The notes beneath the pieces are model-generated. The model did not search any database, was not told the DNA's origin, and was given only the letters and a program-made list of their open reading frames with translations. Made by a program: the position numbers and the translations under genes. Positions 28,501 to 44,200 of a DNA stretch of 64,000 nt are shown piece after piece. This DNA comes from Haplodiscus bocki (lineage: Eukaryota), in NCBI GenBank assembly GCA_965655095.1, contig OZ296654.1, forward strand, positions 16,306,001 through 16,370,000. The letters run 5' to 3'. Each line of letters opens with the position of its first letter. The first letter of the stretch is position 1.

Positions 28501-31500
28501 CCGTAAAGTCCTAAAACAACGCATTTTCAAAAAGAAAATAACTGCCAAAACCTTTGTCTCTATTTCTTGTTTGATCTTTTCGATCTGCTTCGCAAAACTC
28601 TTCTCAATTTCAGATTTTTTCAGCAAAAACTCAGATTTCAATCTTCTCTTTTCCGTTTCAACTTGTTCGACGTGGTCGTCTTGTAAACTTTCGAGCTGAA
28701 ACAAATAAAATGATTGAATGTGCGTGCTGAACACTTTCAAAGTATCCCATATTTTTGTAGTTCAAAAACCGTCTGTTTTGCACTCGGTTTCGAATCATCA
28801 ACATGGGTAAGAACTGAAAACTGCCACTATTGGACGGCGAAATACTTGTTAATTGCTTGTTTTGAAATTAACTGCTCCGCATTTCGACGTAATCTCTGCC
28901 GTCTTGATGTTTGCTTACGCATGCATCATTACGTAATGAACATCTGAGAAAAATGTATGACAGATATATGTAATTTATTTAAATTACTAAATCAACTTTC
29001 TAATATTGCGTTATAATCAATTGGTTAACAATCAATGAAGGTAATTTGATGAAATTTTCAAATCTGGAAAAATTAAAATTTGATGAAGGTAATTTTTTGG
29101 AAAAAACCGTTATTATTCTTTCAAAAGTCATCTTCAACAAAATTGGAGGGCGGAAAACGTGCCGTCTTGTTTACATTATGCGTTAATTGAAAAAAATAAT
29201 AAATTACTTTCTGCTTAAATGCTTCCTCTTTGACATCGATTTGTGCTTCATACTTTTGTGACAATTCATCCAGTTCACGTTCCAAGTGTTCTTTCAGTTT
29301 TTCTTTTTCTTGCTCGAACTAAAAAAAGCAACATCATACATCAATCAAAGGAAATTTGCGTCGAAAGAAATCTTAAGCGAAACCATTCAGAAACATAGTC
29401 CCGGAAACGGATAAGACAAAGGAAAATTTTAAGGATAACCATAGGGTCCCCCTCAAGCCTTATTCCTTTTTCCCGCGGATTGAGGATAAATAAAACCAAA
29501 ATTCACGGGGTTTACACTTTTAGAAGTACATTGACTGGCGAACAAGAAAAAAAAACATTTTTTCATTTGCGTGCTCTCACCGCTACTATGACACTCCGTA
29601 TCGTACCTCCTGTACCCTCACGCAGCTTTGCTGCGTTTTAAAAAATTAAAAATTTTCAATCATATGTCGCACGAAATTCCTTATTATTTCGGACGATGTC
29701 GCAAAATGTACGAGAAAGCGTTAAGAAGCAAAAAGCGAGTATCACTACAAGCATAGCATAAAATGGAAATTTTCAGAATTCCCAAAAAAAATATTAAATA
29801 GTTAGCAACCTTTTCTTCATACTCGTCTCTTTCCTGTGAGTACTTCAGACGAATTTGGTTCATTTCTGTTTTGTGCTCTGTAAGGATCTTTCCTCTCTCC
29901 CTTTCAATCTTCTCTTCTCCAATTTTCTGATGATCCTTCAGCTGAAAAAAGTCAAATCAACAACTAGTGGAAGCACTGCAACAAAACACAACACTCGTAA
30001 GCTAAGAACATCATGGTCAAATTTATCTACAAAAAGGTGTTGGCCACATCAACAACAAGCCAATAACTTGCCTGGTAATAGGACGGACGAAGCTACAAAG
30101 CAGATTTTGAAAATTATGCGAAAATAATCCAAAGTTCAATTCAGGAATATGCTGTTGAAAAATAGGAATTAAAAAATTTTCGATCATGGATAAATCAAAA
30201 TCAAAATCGCTAAGTTTATACAGACAATTCACGAAAAACACTAGTCTCTTGAAATCATTTCATCAACAGAAAGATCAAACTTAAGTTTTCCGCAGTGAGA
30301 CTTAGACAAACGAAAAATTTGAGTAATGAACCGAAAACAAAATAGATCTATGAAACCAATGCATCTACAATTTGGGAGGACAGGAAAAAGGGAATTGATG
30401 CTCCTGTTAAGATCCTGCTCTTTCTGATGTATTCATGTTTTGAAGATAAAAAACTTTTTGGAATATGAACATAATTTTACATAACGAAGTTTATGTATCT
30501 TATACAAGAAATTTCCTTCTAAAAACTAAGTTTTGAATAACGAGGAGCCCATATGTCAATTCACTAGTGTATGATGATCTTCACCATTTCACTAGTTTCA
30601 AATTTTATTATTTTCCGCCATATTTATTATATGGGAGGAAAATTATCCTCTCAAAGCGAACGTTTTATTTTCCCCCGATTTTGCCTATAGCGTTCACATT
30701 TTTCGCCAAATTGTAGTACATTTGCAGTAGAATCCGACTGAAATAGTTAGATTTCTCAAAACATTCAAAATTTTTCTTGAAAAAAATAGATGGTTTTTTT
30801 TCGAAAATCGCTAAAGATGGCAAATTTGGGTATTGAATGATAATTTTTTCTTGAAAATGTTTTTTCCACCTTAATTGTGAAATTTGGATAAGTTAGAAAA
30901 TTTGATGAAGCTTATTTTTCGAAAAAAACGCTTTCATCTTTTTAAAAGACATCTAAAACAAAATTGGAGGGCGGAAAATATGCCGGTGGTAGTCGGCCGT
31001 CTTGTTTTTGCTTCTTCAGCAACCACAATTCAACGCAATTTTGAGTTTTGTATGTAACTGGAATGAACACGTCTGAATAAAGTTTGATTTTATCAATTCA
31101 GTCATTGATTATAGTCTTCCTAATACAGAAAATTTCACGTTGAAAAATCAATTTTCTGCAATAAATTGGTATTTTTTTTCGCGACTCGTTCGAAAATGAA
31201 TAATTTAACAAAATTATTGTTGTTCATCCCTAGTCATTTTACTAGCGTCGATTATAGAAATTTTCTTTAGGACAAGCTATCAGTTCGCCTCATTTCTATT
31301 GCCTTCAGATCATGGACCGGTTAAAATTAACTTTTAATCGGTTAGTTGGTAAAACTGATCAAATTTTTATTCTTAGAATACTTAAAATTTCATTGCGAAA
31401 CTTGATAACTTCATTGCCTCATCAAAACTGCAGAGCGTAACAAACTTTGCAGAGCGTGTTACCGTAAGAACTGAAGCTGTGCTCCAAACTCGCTCTTTCT

Positions 31501-33830
31501 GTTGGAATGAGTAGATATTTTCTTGGAAGTCATACAAGCGATGAAACTTTTTTTCAACACCAATGGAGGGTGAATGAGTTCGAACCGCCGAGAGCGCAAT
31601 TTCATCATAATCGGTCAATTTTTTACCCATCTAAAAAATCTAGTCAAAGGATTAATAACTGATCCCTAATCTAATTGGCTGTTGAAAGTGGTTCCCTTAA
31701 GATAACATCAATTTAAAATCTGGCTGCTTCTTAAGCGTGCAGAGAAAGCTGTGGAGTGTGAGAAAGTAGATCCCTTACCTTTGCCATGATTACCTCCCTC
31801 GAAAAGTGATGAAAGACTATTTTTGATATAATTTCCAAAAATCCTTTCAAGAGATGGCAACTGCAACGATCCATGCGAGAAATATCTAATAGTCCTTGGT
31901 AATAAATGTCAATTCTCTTCCGAGGTATTTTTCGCATTGCGAAGTGCTTGAAAGGAACGTAGACGGATAGGATTCAAAAATTACAATCAGAAAGCAGTGG
32001 TTATACAGAGTTCCATAACTCAGGATAGAAAAAGTCACCAGACGCTAGGGAACTATCAGATGTCAATCAAGAATTTCTGAAACTGTCTGGGAAAATTTTT
32101 TAGATAAAAGAGTTGATGAAATGCAAGTTTGGAAAAGCAAGGAAGATATGTTCAGCTAACCTCGTTTTCTTTTTCTTTCAGCATTCCGTCGTATTTGTCA
32201 ACAAGGCGCTTCTCATTCCGTTCATAATCCTCCTTCAAATCTTGTTCAAGTCGTCTCAACTTTTCGTTGAACTGAAACAGTATATCAATTTATCCCACAG
32301 TCAAATAGATCACTACCAAACTTAACGTGAGAAGGTGAACTTAACGTTTTTGCTACCAACTTCATCAAATTAAATTTTTCTCGGAAATTCTTCAAAGGTG
32401 GAGCTGATTCACAGGTGCTTAGCAGAGAAACTTTTACGCAGCAATTATGCACCATTCTCATCCTGCCTGAGACCCGTCACAGTAAAAAAAATTTAGCCAG
32501 ACTTAGCAACGAATCTGGTCGTGGCGCAAACTAGACGGAGAGCATGCCTCCGGGGCGAAGACAACGAAACTTTCAGAAGACAAAAGAAGATGAAGATCCC
32601 TCTTCTCCAAGGTTTCTGCTCCGTGTTAGCTGTGAAAATCGTGGACAAGTTTGATAAATAGTTGCCAATACCACGATAAAGAGATTACAAGGGATATCGG
32701 AGACGATCCCTGGTCCCTCTCTCAACCCACGATACTCAAAATTGTCCAAAATCAGTACCGAAAAAGAGGGGTACTTCTCATACGGAAACATATTGCCCTT
32801 TGGCACGATCTAAACAACTCGATCATCAACCATGGGAGTAACTACAGTCAGAAATCCCTAACCGCAGAGGAACTAGTTGACGAACCGATACCAAAAGAAC
32901 CAAATGAACCAGATCGAAGCTATTGTGTACACAAGGTGGGGTGGAACCCTTGATTTTATCCCTGATTCTGCGCCGAACAAACATCATCATCCTGAAACAC
33001 CAAAAACTTTATCCCAGCGAAAAAGACATCTACAACTCAAATACGAGTTCACACAGATACACCGAGACACCGAGCTGGATCGATGGTTGTTGTACACTAT
33101 TTTTGAGTAATGCGTACAGCCTACGAGTCCTCTTCAAGAAGGAAACCTCAAACAATAAGCCCAATAAGAGACAAAAAGATCGATCAGAAAGAGGGGAGAG
33201 CTTGATGTGCGCTAAAAGTTAGTTCGTGTTACGTCACACTTTTTCTTCTTTTTTGTTGAATTCTCTACAACAATCTAGGGCTAGTTAATCCGGAATTATT
33301 CAAGTAACTCGGGGTCACAGATTTCAGCGGACATTAAGAGAATCTAAATCGGATTTTACTTCGGTAAGAAGGAATCACATCACTTTTTGAAAAAAAACTA
33401 TCGAACCGCGACTTTCCAATCGAAAAAAAAACTGATTCAAGACGCACAATTTCCGGAAACTTCCAGCAAAAATTGCGATCGCAAAATAGGACCCAGGGAA
33501 GAATTCGCCACCCCAAACAACTCAAATGACTGACCACGGCAACTGAAGACCTCAATAACCTGGATTTCAAATGCACGAAGCTTTCTGGTCCTAAGCCAAC
33601 CAACTCCTGAATACTGATTTCGACAAACTATTCCTTTATGAAATGTGACTAACAGCTGAGGCGCCAGACGACGCCTTATTCCGCCCGCGGTTCAACATAC
33701 ACCGGAAACACAGATCCATCGACAATGGAAAAAATAAACATGGTGGCGTGCTAATAGCCATCCGAGGCTTGACAAATTATAGAGTCCAATTAAAGACTGA
33801 CTTTGAGCTGTTGCTATCATCGCAAATACC

Positions 33831-33862
<32 letters not shown>

Positions 33863-35231
33863 CAACAACAAACAACAACAACATACCTTATTTTGTATTT
33901 ACAGCCCGCCGGAAGACAGTCCTTACAAAATAAATAAATGGACGAGACATTTAGTGACTTTCTGGACGTACGAACTACAAATAACTAAGAAACTTAGGCT
34001 TCATTCATTGTCTTCCATCCAAAGATGCCAAAACTTGAAGCAGCAGTCCCACGATACCCTTTCCGAGTTAAATTTGTAGGACCTTGACTTTTGAACATAA
34101 TTCAGTCCAACCTGATCTGATGAAAAAACAACTTACAATCTTCATAAATCCTCATTTTCACCGTATACAACAATCGTAAGCCAATTCAAGTTTCAGTTCA
34201 AAAACATACACCGTGATATTTGTTACCTTGATAATGAAACCAGTAATCTCACCTCTTCTTTCATTTGTTTGGTCAACGATTCCAACTTGGGCTGTTCTTC
34301 GGCCAGAATTCGGGCTTTCTCCTCTTCGTATTTCTCCGGGAATTTCTGTCTCAGCTGTCGAACACATTCGTCTCTTTCTTGCTCCACTTTTCGCTGTTCT
34401 TCTGCTTTCATTTGCTCTATTTCTTTCTGCAAGGCAACTATTCGCTCTTCTGCTTCTCGACTGCAATCAAACATGTCGAATCTCATCATCAGAAAAGAAA
34501 AATAAACCAATTTTCTAGACAATCGAATTAACTTAGAACATCAAAATAATGGCGCCTCCGATAATTAATTTGATCTGTAAATATTTTTCAACCGGAATAA
34601 TTCTGCGAGGTCTTTCCTGGCCGTAATTTGTAAATGGCATTCATCGGCGACTTTTGCAATAGACCAGATAAATTCAAATTCTTATTCTAGTGCTGAAGAA
34701 CGTTGGCAACTTCTAGTGCTCATAAAAACACTTTGGTCTTAAATGTTATATTGTTACAGTGTTATCATTTTATACCAGCTTTGTTGCGAAATGCATACTG
34801 AATAATCTCAAACCATCAAACGGTAATCAGAATATTTGTAAAGTAGTCTGATACAAATACGAAGACTTCAGGTAGTATCGAGTTAGGTTGAGCAGACTAA
34901 CTTGTGTTTATCAGCGATCTCTTGTTCTTTCTTTTCAAGCTCTTTCCGAAGTTTATCACGCAGTTGCTGCAGAGACTCGTGATGACTGGCTCGCATATTT
35001 CTCTCCTCTTCTTCAAAAGATGCAGCCAGAGTCTCTTTTAGCATCCTGTTAAAACAGAAGGAATTCCTCAAACTGTAATAATTTGCAACTAGAAGTATCA
35101 AATATGCTTCAAACATTGACAAATATAGACTAAGTTTTAATTCGATGTTAAAAAATAGGCCCCTTAATGGGCGTATGAATATCGGAACACATGAATCAGG
35201 TACAAGACAGGAACGACCCCAGTCTGCGCGG

Positions 35232-35269
<38 letters not shown>

Positions 35270-38200
35270 AAAGATGTTTTGTGAAAACAATATATATATA
35301 TCTTGGTATTTTTTGGTGTAAAACGTAAAGCATAGCTTCTGCTGGGATTCGCACCCGCGCTCTGTCGATTCGGTAATTTTACACTGAGGGTATCAAGAAA
35401 AAATATTGGACAGTAGGTTGAAAATTTCTTCGATGTTAGGTTTTTGGTACATTTTTTTGATAAAATATATAGCCTAGATTGGGGCTCGAACTGACCACCT
35501 GTTGATTCGGAACTCTTGTCCTACCCACTGGGCTATATGGAATGTAAAAAAAATGGCCTTTACAGGGAATCGAACCCGCGACCTGTGGCTTCGGTACACC
35601 CTGTAGACTACTGGGGCCTTCAAGGGTACCGACCACTTTGGGTCGGGAGAATCATTTTTTGAAGAATTTCGTCGAGTTCGATGGTCTTAAAAATTAGACA
35701 AAATTCGTTGTAATAGTCGGGCACTTTTTCCTTTAAAAATCTCCGACTAAAAACACCGTAAGACATCGAGGTTTTCGAGCAAAAAATGATTCTTCATACG
35801 TAATAGATGACCATCTTATGGTCATGTTGATAAAAAACATGTTAATCGAACACTCGAGGACCAACGTAGATCACTTCCCTGCAGTCGAATTTCGTCCCAA
35901 AAAAGCCCTTCAAGTTTTTCGCATAAATCCAGGGAAAAGTCGGACATCATCCAGAAAGTAACGCGTGAGAGAAGATTCTTGGTGATAGATATATTCAAAA
36001 AATAGACGAAATTGAAATATGGGCGTAACATACAGTACATCGACTAGGACGAACTATTCTTGAAAACATTCAATTTTGAAGTTTTTCTTTAAGAAAATAT
36101 GGAAAAATTTCGCGGCCAGAACGAAAATTTGATATGTTTTTGATATATAAATATATATACATATGATATATACATTAGTGTTAGCGTTGCGTTGATGATT
36201 CGAAGACCTAATTGTCAAGATGAAGGACTTAAAAATGACAAAGGCTCGAAGTAACGAGAACTATAGCTCCATTTTCCAATCCAAAATTTTCCAACTACAA
36301 CCGAAATATCACAGGGGACATTTCAATCATTTGCCATGTTCGTGCAAAACTCAGTGATTTGGAGACCTAAGGCAAAGATATGGCATATCAATTTCAATGC
36401 ACCTTCAAGACAACCTAAAATCGCGGGATTTTTAGGTTTCCTATCGAAAAAAAACCGACAGAAACCAAACTTTCGTCAGTGATTAACTGAAATGTGCTTA
36501 CCATGCTCATGCAAAATCTGGGTGATTGAGAGAATTAGGTGCCATTATAAAAACACAAATTCGACAAAGATCAAAACAGCTCGATTTTCAAGTTTATTTC
36601 GCAAAAACATTGAAAACTTTGGACAACAATCAAAAATCAGTATGCTGCAGATTAGAGTTTAGTCGTAACGTCGGCCACCCCCATAACACAATTTGCATCA
36701 CGACACGCTTGGCGCAAAATCACGAAAATAAACACTTTCACGCTAAAATGATCGTTTTTTCACGATTGAAATCTTTTATTTTCCAAAAAAAAACTGAGTA
36801 TATACGCATTCCAATACCGAAGCCGACATTTTCGACGTTTGAACACTATGTTTTTAATTTGTCTCAACAGTCTCAACACGACAGGCAAATATTTCGATAT
36901 CAAATATTTCCCTTTTTCAAGTTTTTCAAGTTTTTCACCACCTTAAAAAAATCTTTAACAGCAAAAATTTAACTAAAAAATATTTTGCCAAAATACTGTT
37001 TTTTCTACATGAGCAGCAAATCGTTCCACTTTGCATGGGTCAATTATACGCTTTTTTGAGCGAAAATACATGACGACAATTTTGACAGACTTGATTGAGG
37101 ATTCTGCACACATTCACGAGCTAAGAAAACACTTAAAATTTTGCACAGCAACGTACATTTCAGTTGAAAAACATCGACAAAAAAATTATCAACAATTATA
37201 AGACACTTAAGTGATCCTCGTGTTGAAACCGAACGCTGAAATGACTGTCTCGCACCCGATGGTAACGTTACTCCAAATTAAAGTCCTTATTGATTCGGCA
37301 GATAGGGGTATGCAATATGGAACACGACACAGATGCTACTCTTACTCAAAAAATCGGGTCAACGTCGTTTAACTGCCACCAACTGTTAACCGTCAGAAAA
37401 GTTGCTGCACCAACAGGGATATATTTCATTTTTAATTTCGCGGAATATAAATTTTGGAGCTATGATAAAAATTATCGTTCATATTGCAGCTAAGTTTAGA
37501 AAACCATTGTTCGAATATTCCACCTCAATTTTGGTTCCTGAGCACGTTATTGGCGAGCTTTACAGTGGGAAAAATGTTGCCACATGAACCTGGTTTTCGA
37601 GATTAGCTGGATTAACATCAAACTATGATACTAACCTAGTTGACCCAGCTAAAATCTCGGTTAACTAAAAAATTGACTTTTCACCGTGCGAACACTGAAG
37701 TCTGAAATCAGCCGTTATAATAATTATTTTCAGCTGAAAAGTTTATATAGGCCCAGCCCAAAAATGAAATATTGGAGTTAAAATAGTGACATTTATTCTT
37801 CCTAGATTATTCTTTGCACAACACTGGGCACAAATGCCGGTGGAAAACCGAGAGATTACTCTAAACTGAACTCTTTTCCACAACTTAATTAAATCTTAAT
37901 TCTGGCTCATTTTTTTTATCAGAGCACCATCAATTCCTGGCGTGCCTAAAGAATCTTCTTCATTGCGACAGACTAATTGGATTGCTTTTGATATCAAAAA
38001 ACTTCAATTGTGATGATGAGTCCGCTTTAAAATTGACCAAATGTTCTTCGTGCCTAGATAATTTGTTGTCTGTGAATAATGAATATTTGTTTGCAGCTTT
38101 GTGAATTATTAGCACGAAACTGAAATCTTAAACAGCGGAAGCAGCGTTCATGGTTTTCTTTTAATGCACGTCAGAAATGTATGTGCAAAACTACAATGCT

Positions 38201-41200
38201 TTAGCTGACAACCGTGGTGATGCTTTGATAATTCGTGATAAAGGTTAGTTGTGCAAGAAAAAAGAAAATAACGCCTAATTACTAATGGCAGTCGCTAACA
38301 GCTCCGGCTTGTTAAAAAATTCACCACCTGGAAGGCCGCTGAAAGTTTTTACAGGAAAATCACCGAGGACAGATATTTGATAAAATGATATAGGCGACCG
38401 AAGCTGTAGTTTTGACAAAAGTTCATGTGATGAAAGAAAAGCCACGCGACAAGTTGGAAATAGGGCATTCTCGCTCCGCTTCCTGAAATCCTAATAAAAT
38501 TTGCAGGTATGTCCAGTCTGGGAAAAATGAACGTGGTACCTATAATATCTTGTGCCTTGGATATTACAAATGAGGCTACTAAAACATTCTGTTTCCTGCA
38601 AATGATGCAGGCACTAACTTCTCAAACAGTGTACTAGTTTTCACAAACCACTGATACACTCTTTCAAAAACTCCAAAGCGTCCTTATGCGTATTCTTGGC
38701 ACATTGCGAGTGGCACCGACTTGAGCGGTTTACGCATTATATTGATTTTTAACGATTATGATGCTACCTCTACTTTTCATCAATACCGTTCAGGGGAATT
38801 TGTGTGGCCCCAAATATAATGTGTTTTGAATTGATTTTTTCCCATAAATTAGTCTTGACATGCGCTATTTAAAAAAATACCTAGTTTTCTGCTTCCACGC
38901 TTCTTCCTCCAGCTTCAAATCTTGTTGCAATTTGTCCTTTACTTGTTTGGAGAGAGCGTTGACGTCAGAGTAGAGCTTGTTATCGGCAGTTGACCCTGAG
39001 CCTACAGGCGCAACAACAGCTCCAATGTCGACATCTGTAGAGACATCCGTTGTTTGTGCATCGAAGAAACGTCTGAAAAACACTGACATCAAGGACCTTT
39101 GGGATCAAACCCTAATAAATTAGCATCAAGCAAAAAACGAATTGAGCCAACTTGGCGAAGATTGACTGCTAACTTGAAGACACAGAAGAAACGAATAAGA
39201 TTGATAAATTTCAGAGGCTTTTTAAAATGCATATGAGTAAATACTAATGAACGACAGTAAATAGTGACGCTCGTTCACTCCGGAAAAACTCGAAAAAATA
39301 CTGCCCCAAGTTGACTCTTTATCGCTCAGGCAGCCTGTCACGAATCGACTTGCGTGAGAATCAATTTGTTTTGGAATTGAGTAACAATTTTGACTTCCTG
39401 ACTTTTCCAAGAGGTATTCACATTATATTTCGAAAAATTCCGAGTGAACAACTTTTTGAATTTATGGGCAAATTTTGAAATGACATAAGTTACAAAAAAT
39501 GGGTATTATGTGATAGAGTTTTCTGTTTTATGCTATCATGTGTGAGAAACCCCAAAAAAAGAATTCAGCGAACGATTTCAGTTTCATGGTCTGAATGAAT
39601 ATCGAAAACTGAAATGGCAACGAAAAGACATCATTATATTTATTTAAACTGAAACTATTAATTGCTGAAGTTCTCATATCTCTTACATATTTTCTGGTGA
39701 CCCGATGTCATAACTTTTGGTGTAGATATTCATTTTCATTTTCGAATTTTTAATGCCTGAAATCGTTTGGTAATTGAACGTGTTTCAAATGTAGAGCTGC
39801 ACCTGCATATCAATGCTTCCTTACCTGAAATTTCATTACTACTTGATGTGTCAGTTGGCCATTTTTGCCAACTCAGTTTTTGAGCATTCCCAGATGTTGC
39901 ACAAAACACTTTGGTTTCATTGTCCGATCACGTACATTGGTAGCTTCATGCCTCCTTTGTTTTGTTTCCAAGGGATTTTGGTTTTAGAATCGTAACTGAT
40001 GTGTGTGTTTATTTGCGATTTAATGTGACTTGAAGAGGGGGAAAATATTCTCATACAGCGAACACATAAATCCAGCCAATGCAATTCTGCATTTGCAGAT
40101 ACACACTCAGATTCTTTTTGCCGTATGGTCTATTCCAGTGTTATAGGCTCTCACTGATTGAATTGTTGACCGGAATGTATATAGGTTTGAATTGCAATTG
40201 CAAATGTCCTATGAATAGAAGAGAAGTCCACGTATAACAGTAAGTTGCTACTAATTTTATTCCTCATGTATAAACTAAGTGCAAATCTCACAAATTTGGA
40301 TTGTTGAACCGGGTCCAAAAACAACAACTGCCTGCTTCTCACAAACCAGATCGATTCAGTTAATATTAGTTCGATTGACAAACAACATGGTGCAACACAT
40401 CATCTGCAGCAAGGGGAAACGCATCACCATTTCATTTCATAGTAAAACACACCGATCTTTTTATACAGTTTCTGCAATCACTTCCCAAAATCAAACTAAA
40501 ATCTCTGCCTGGTAACCCATTTAAGTGGAGCGATTGGAGCAAGAAGTATCATAGCGGACAAAACGACTTAACGGAAACCAATTAGGGTACGCGTTCGGCA
40601 ATGGAGACGAAGCCTTTCCGGTCGTCGTAAAACGAAATCCCCGCTTGTCAAAGGAGAAACGAAGAGTAAAGATGGGGATCTGGAACATCAGAGGTCTCAA
40701 GGAAACTGGAAAACAACAGCTAGTATGCAAGGGTTAGATTGCCTAAATATCGACATCATGGGACTGTGTGAAACTTTCCAAGATGAAACTGACTGCACAC
40801 TTAGACCGACGAAAACTTTCAACCGGACACATCGACTAGTAACTTCCTCAACTAATCGACAGAAACGAAAGGGGTAGGTTTTCTAGTGGACACCCGTTTG
40901 TCTATGGGAAGTACGCATCAATGTAACGAACATCTTATCAGCCTGTAACTTAATGATGGAAAACTCGGAAAAATCATCGTTGAGGTGTACTGAACTGATA
41001 TTTCGAAAGCAGAAACAGAGTTACATGAAAGGATAGATCAGCTCCTTCGTCATATGAAGGTCACCTCCAACACCCAACTGCTTTCTATCGGCGTATTTGA
41101 TGGCTGAAGTGGGTCTGAAAGAAAAGAAGGAATCTGTGGAAGTTCCGGCGACTGCCAAATGAACAGCAAAGGCAAGATAGTGATCGATTTTTGCAAAGAG

Positions 41201-44200
41201 AACAAGCTAAAATTGAGGAAAACTTTCCAAACATTACGACGAACGAAAATTACAGCTGGAAGTTAAATGATGGTAGGAACCAAAGTTTGATAGATTAGAT
41301 AGATTCAAAAAGAACTTCAGTGAAAAAGTCACAGAATGTTGAGTCGTTCATAATATCGATAAAGTACCTGGCAGCCATCCAGTTGTCGGCGTACTCAAAA
41401 TAAAGCAACCTAAGCTAACTCCCAATCCGCAGAAAAGGCAGAGTATTGGCTGGATAGTCAATCCGCAGACAGTGCAAAACTTTCGGAAACTTCTGGATGA
41501 AATATGAAGGAATGAGCAAAGGTCGCGGCAGTTAATGGGAACCTCTTTGAAAGCATCCGTCAAAAGTCAATCTTTCGAGCATGGCAAGCGAAAAGGCTGG
41601 AGTCGGATAACTGAAGGAATTTCAGCGATAATGGAACGAAACAGCTCGACTGAACAGGAAGTGAGAAAATTGTACCGTGCTAGCAATGGCAACCTTCACA
41701 ATTTGGGGGAATTCATAGTCGAGCCCGAGGCCAAAAATCAGTTACGGCAAACTACATTGGTGAGCTCTACGGAAGCAAGTATTGCCGGACTACTCAATTG
41801 CAAGTTCACCAAGACAGCCAACCACTTAATGAAAAGCAAATCAAAGATGCTATCAAAGAACAAACAAGAATCATAAGGCACGAGGCACTGACGAACTTCC
41901 CACTGAACTTTTCAAAGTACCGCCATAAACAGTCGTGGAGGAACTCGTGCTATCATTGCGGAAAGGAAGAAAACAAGTGAATTGCCTCAAGCTTGGCTAA
42001 CTACCATTTTCGTCGATCTTCCGAAGAAAATAAACCCGAACAGATGCGAACACTTCCCGCTCATTAAACTGATCCGGCACGCCATGAAAGTTTTTCTGCA
42101 AGCCTCTGTACCACCAAAAAAGCAAGTAGCTGAATGACCAATTGCATATCCAGCACATTGGCTTTCCACCGCAAGTCGGCACAATAGAAAGCATCAGAGC
42201 CCTAAAGTTACCATTGGCAGTACGGATAAATGTACAAAAACCAACCTATTCTTGCTTTATTGATTCCGTAAAAGCTTTTGACAGAGTGGAACGTGAAAAA
42301 CTGATGAAAACGCTTGAGAAGCGGGTCTTAACCCCCCAGTTCATCAACCTTATCATGCGAATATACAACATGCAAGTCAGATTCAAGACGCCAGATGAGA
42401 GGAAACAGCTAGCAAAAAAAGTTTAGGAATCAGACAGGGCTGTACTCTGTCACGCATTCCTCTCAGTACATATGCTGACGAGGCTCCTAAGAAAGTGAAC
42501 AAATGCTCGGAGTTGAAGGTGAAAATAAAAATCGCATTAGATATACTGATTACACAGTACTCATTGCCGAAAACCAACAGGATCTACAGAATTTGCTAAT
42601 GGAAACCAACAGTCTCGGGAATGATTGTTCAATTCTCAACAACGTGGGAAAAAAAACAAAAAGCATGGTGGTATCAGCTAATCAAACCCACTCAGTGAAA
42701 CTGCGGGAATGAAGAGCCAAGGCTGCTGCAGACTATACTTATCCGCCAGAGTTTTTTCTTTGTACACATCGCCCGGGCTTCAGCTGAAAAACTCTAGCGT
42801 CACTGCTTGAGAATCTGAATTGTAGAAAAGGCAGAGCGCACAAGACAATGCTTGACGGACAACATGAAAACTTTCACTGGAGAGACATTGGCCTAAAACC
42901 TGATAATATGCAACCATAAGGAAAGGAACAAGATGCTTAAGAAGTGCAAACTCGAAGAAATGAAGAACCGGACAGCTGATGCCGAAGAAGCCTGACAGGA
43001 TGAAGCCCAACGATGGACTTACAGGCTGGGATAGAACAAAGCAGAGCGGAGCAGTTGTTGATTAGAATTGCTCAGATGAGCAACCAGAAAAAAGCTGATC
43101 GACAGGGACTCACAGCCAGACGTCCAAAAAATGCTATACAAGCTGTCACATGCAAAAGGGACCTTTTCCATAGAGCAATGGAAGAATTGCGCCAACGCTT
43201 TTACTAGACCTATCCTGGTCAACAAATAATTCATTGTAAAATTTGATCAGTCATCAACCACCAATTCCATCCCGAACAAAAAGCTACATAAAGTTCTTGC
43301 CCTTGATCAAAACTGTAGCTGATACCTTCAACAAAGTTTTGTAGCTGATGACGCGTGAACAGCGAACCTCAAGCATCCAACTCACATGTTACCTCACGCA
43401 GAATGCACTAAACAGAAACAATTTCTCATCAATAGGGGAAATGATAACCCAGTGTGGACGTTTTCAACAATTGACCAATGCCAGTGCAGGAGCTTAACCT
43501 GTAGAAGGGGATTGTTTTCATGCAAATTTTTCCAATCGCAATTCATAGCAGCGTACGTTCTAGCACGACTTAGGGCTGCGTTGACCACGGAAGCACCTGC
43601 AGCATGCTCTCAAAAACTAGAACTAAATTTCTCAAAGTACCTCTACGCCAATCGAGGAGTTCACTCAGAAAGGAACAATAGTGCTTCAGTTCAAACAACT
43701 TTTGAAGTTGATTTGGAGATTTCAGACTACTACTTGACAAACCACTACCCACAGAAAAAAGGGTCGTGATTCATCTAGGAATAGCTCGACTTCAGATCCT
43801 TGCTTCTTATGAAAATTGAAAGGAACACATTTCCCTCACATTAAAGAAAGGTAACGGCCATATTTGATAGTGGGCCATGAGTTGATTACAACCCACCATA
43901 TACTCCAACAGGAGTGAAAAACCTTCTTTGCTGGTAAGTGACTGGACCTCATTCAAGGCCATATGATCACGAAATTGTCAACTTTTTGAGAACTGTTGAT
44001 CAACATAGATGCTTCATAACAAAGTTTTTTAAATTTCAAAAAAGTGAATCGTTTGTGCCAACCCGATAACAAAATCACAGTCAAAAGGCTCTTGATATTG
44101 TGAGAAAATTTGCTGGTCAACAGCTTCAGACCATTTTGAGACAGAGGTACTTTTGGAAAGACGACTTCGCTCTTCCCTTCAATAAGCGACTAGCAGAAAT

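Noticed and set aside
34158-34531. Overlapping ORFs on several frames (similarly at 24894, 49830, 50636 and 58429)
   Set aside because: These are antisense or alternative-frame shadows of CEP164 exons or of the penton gene.
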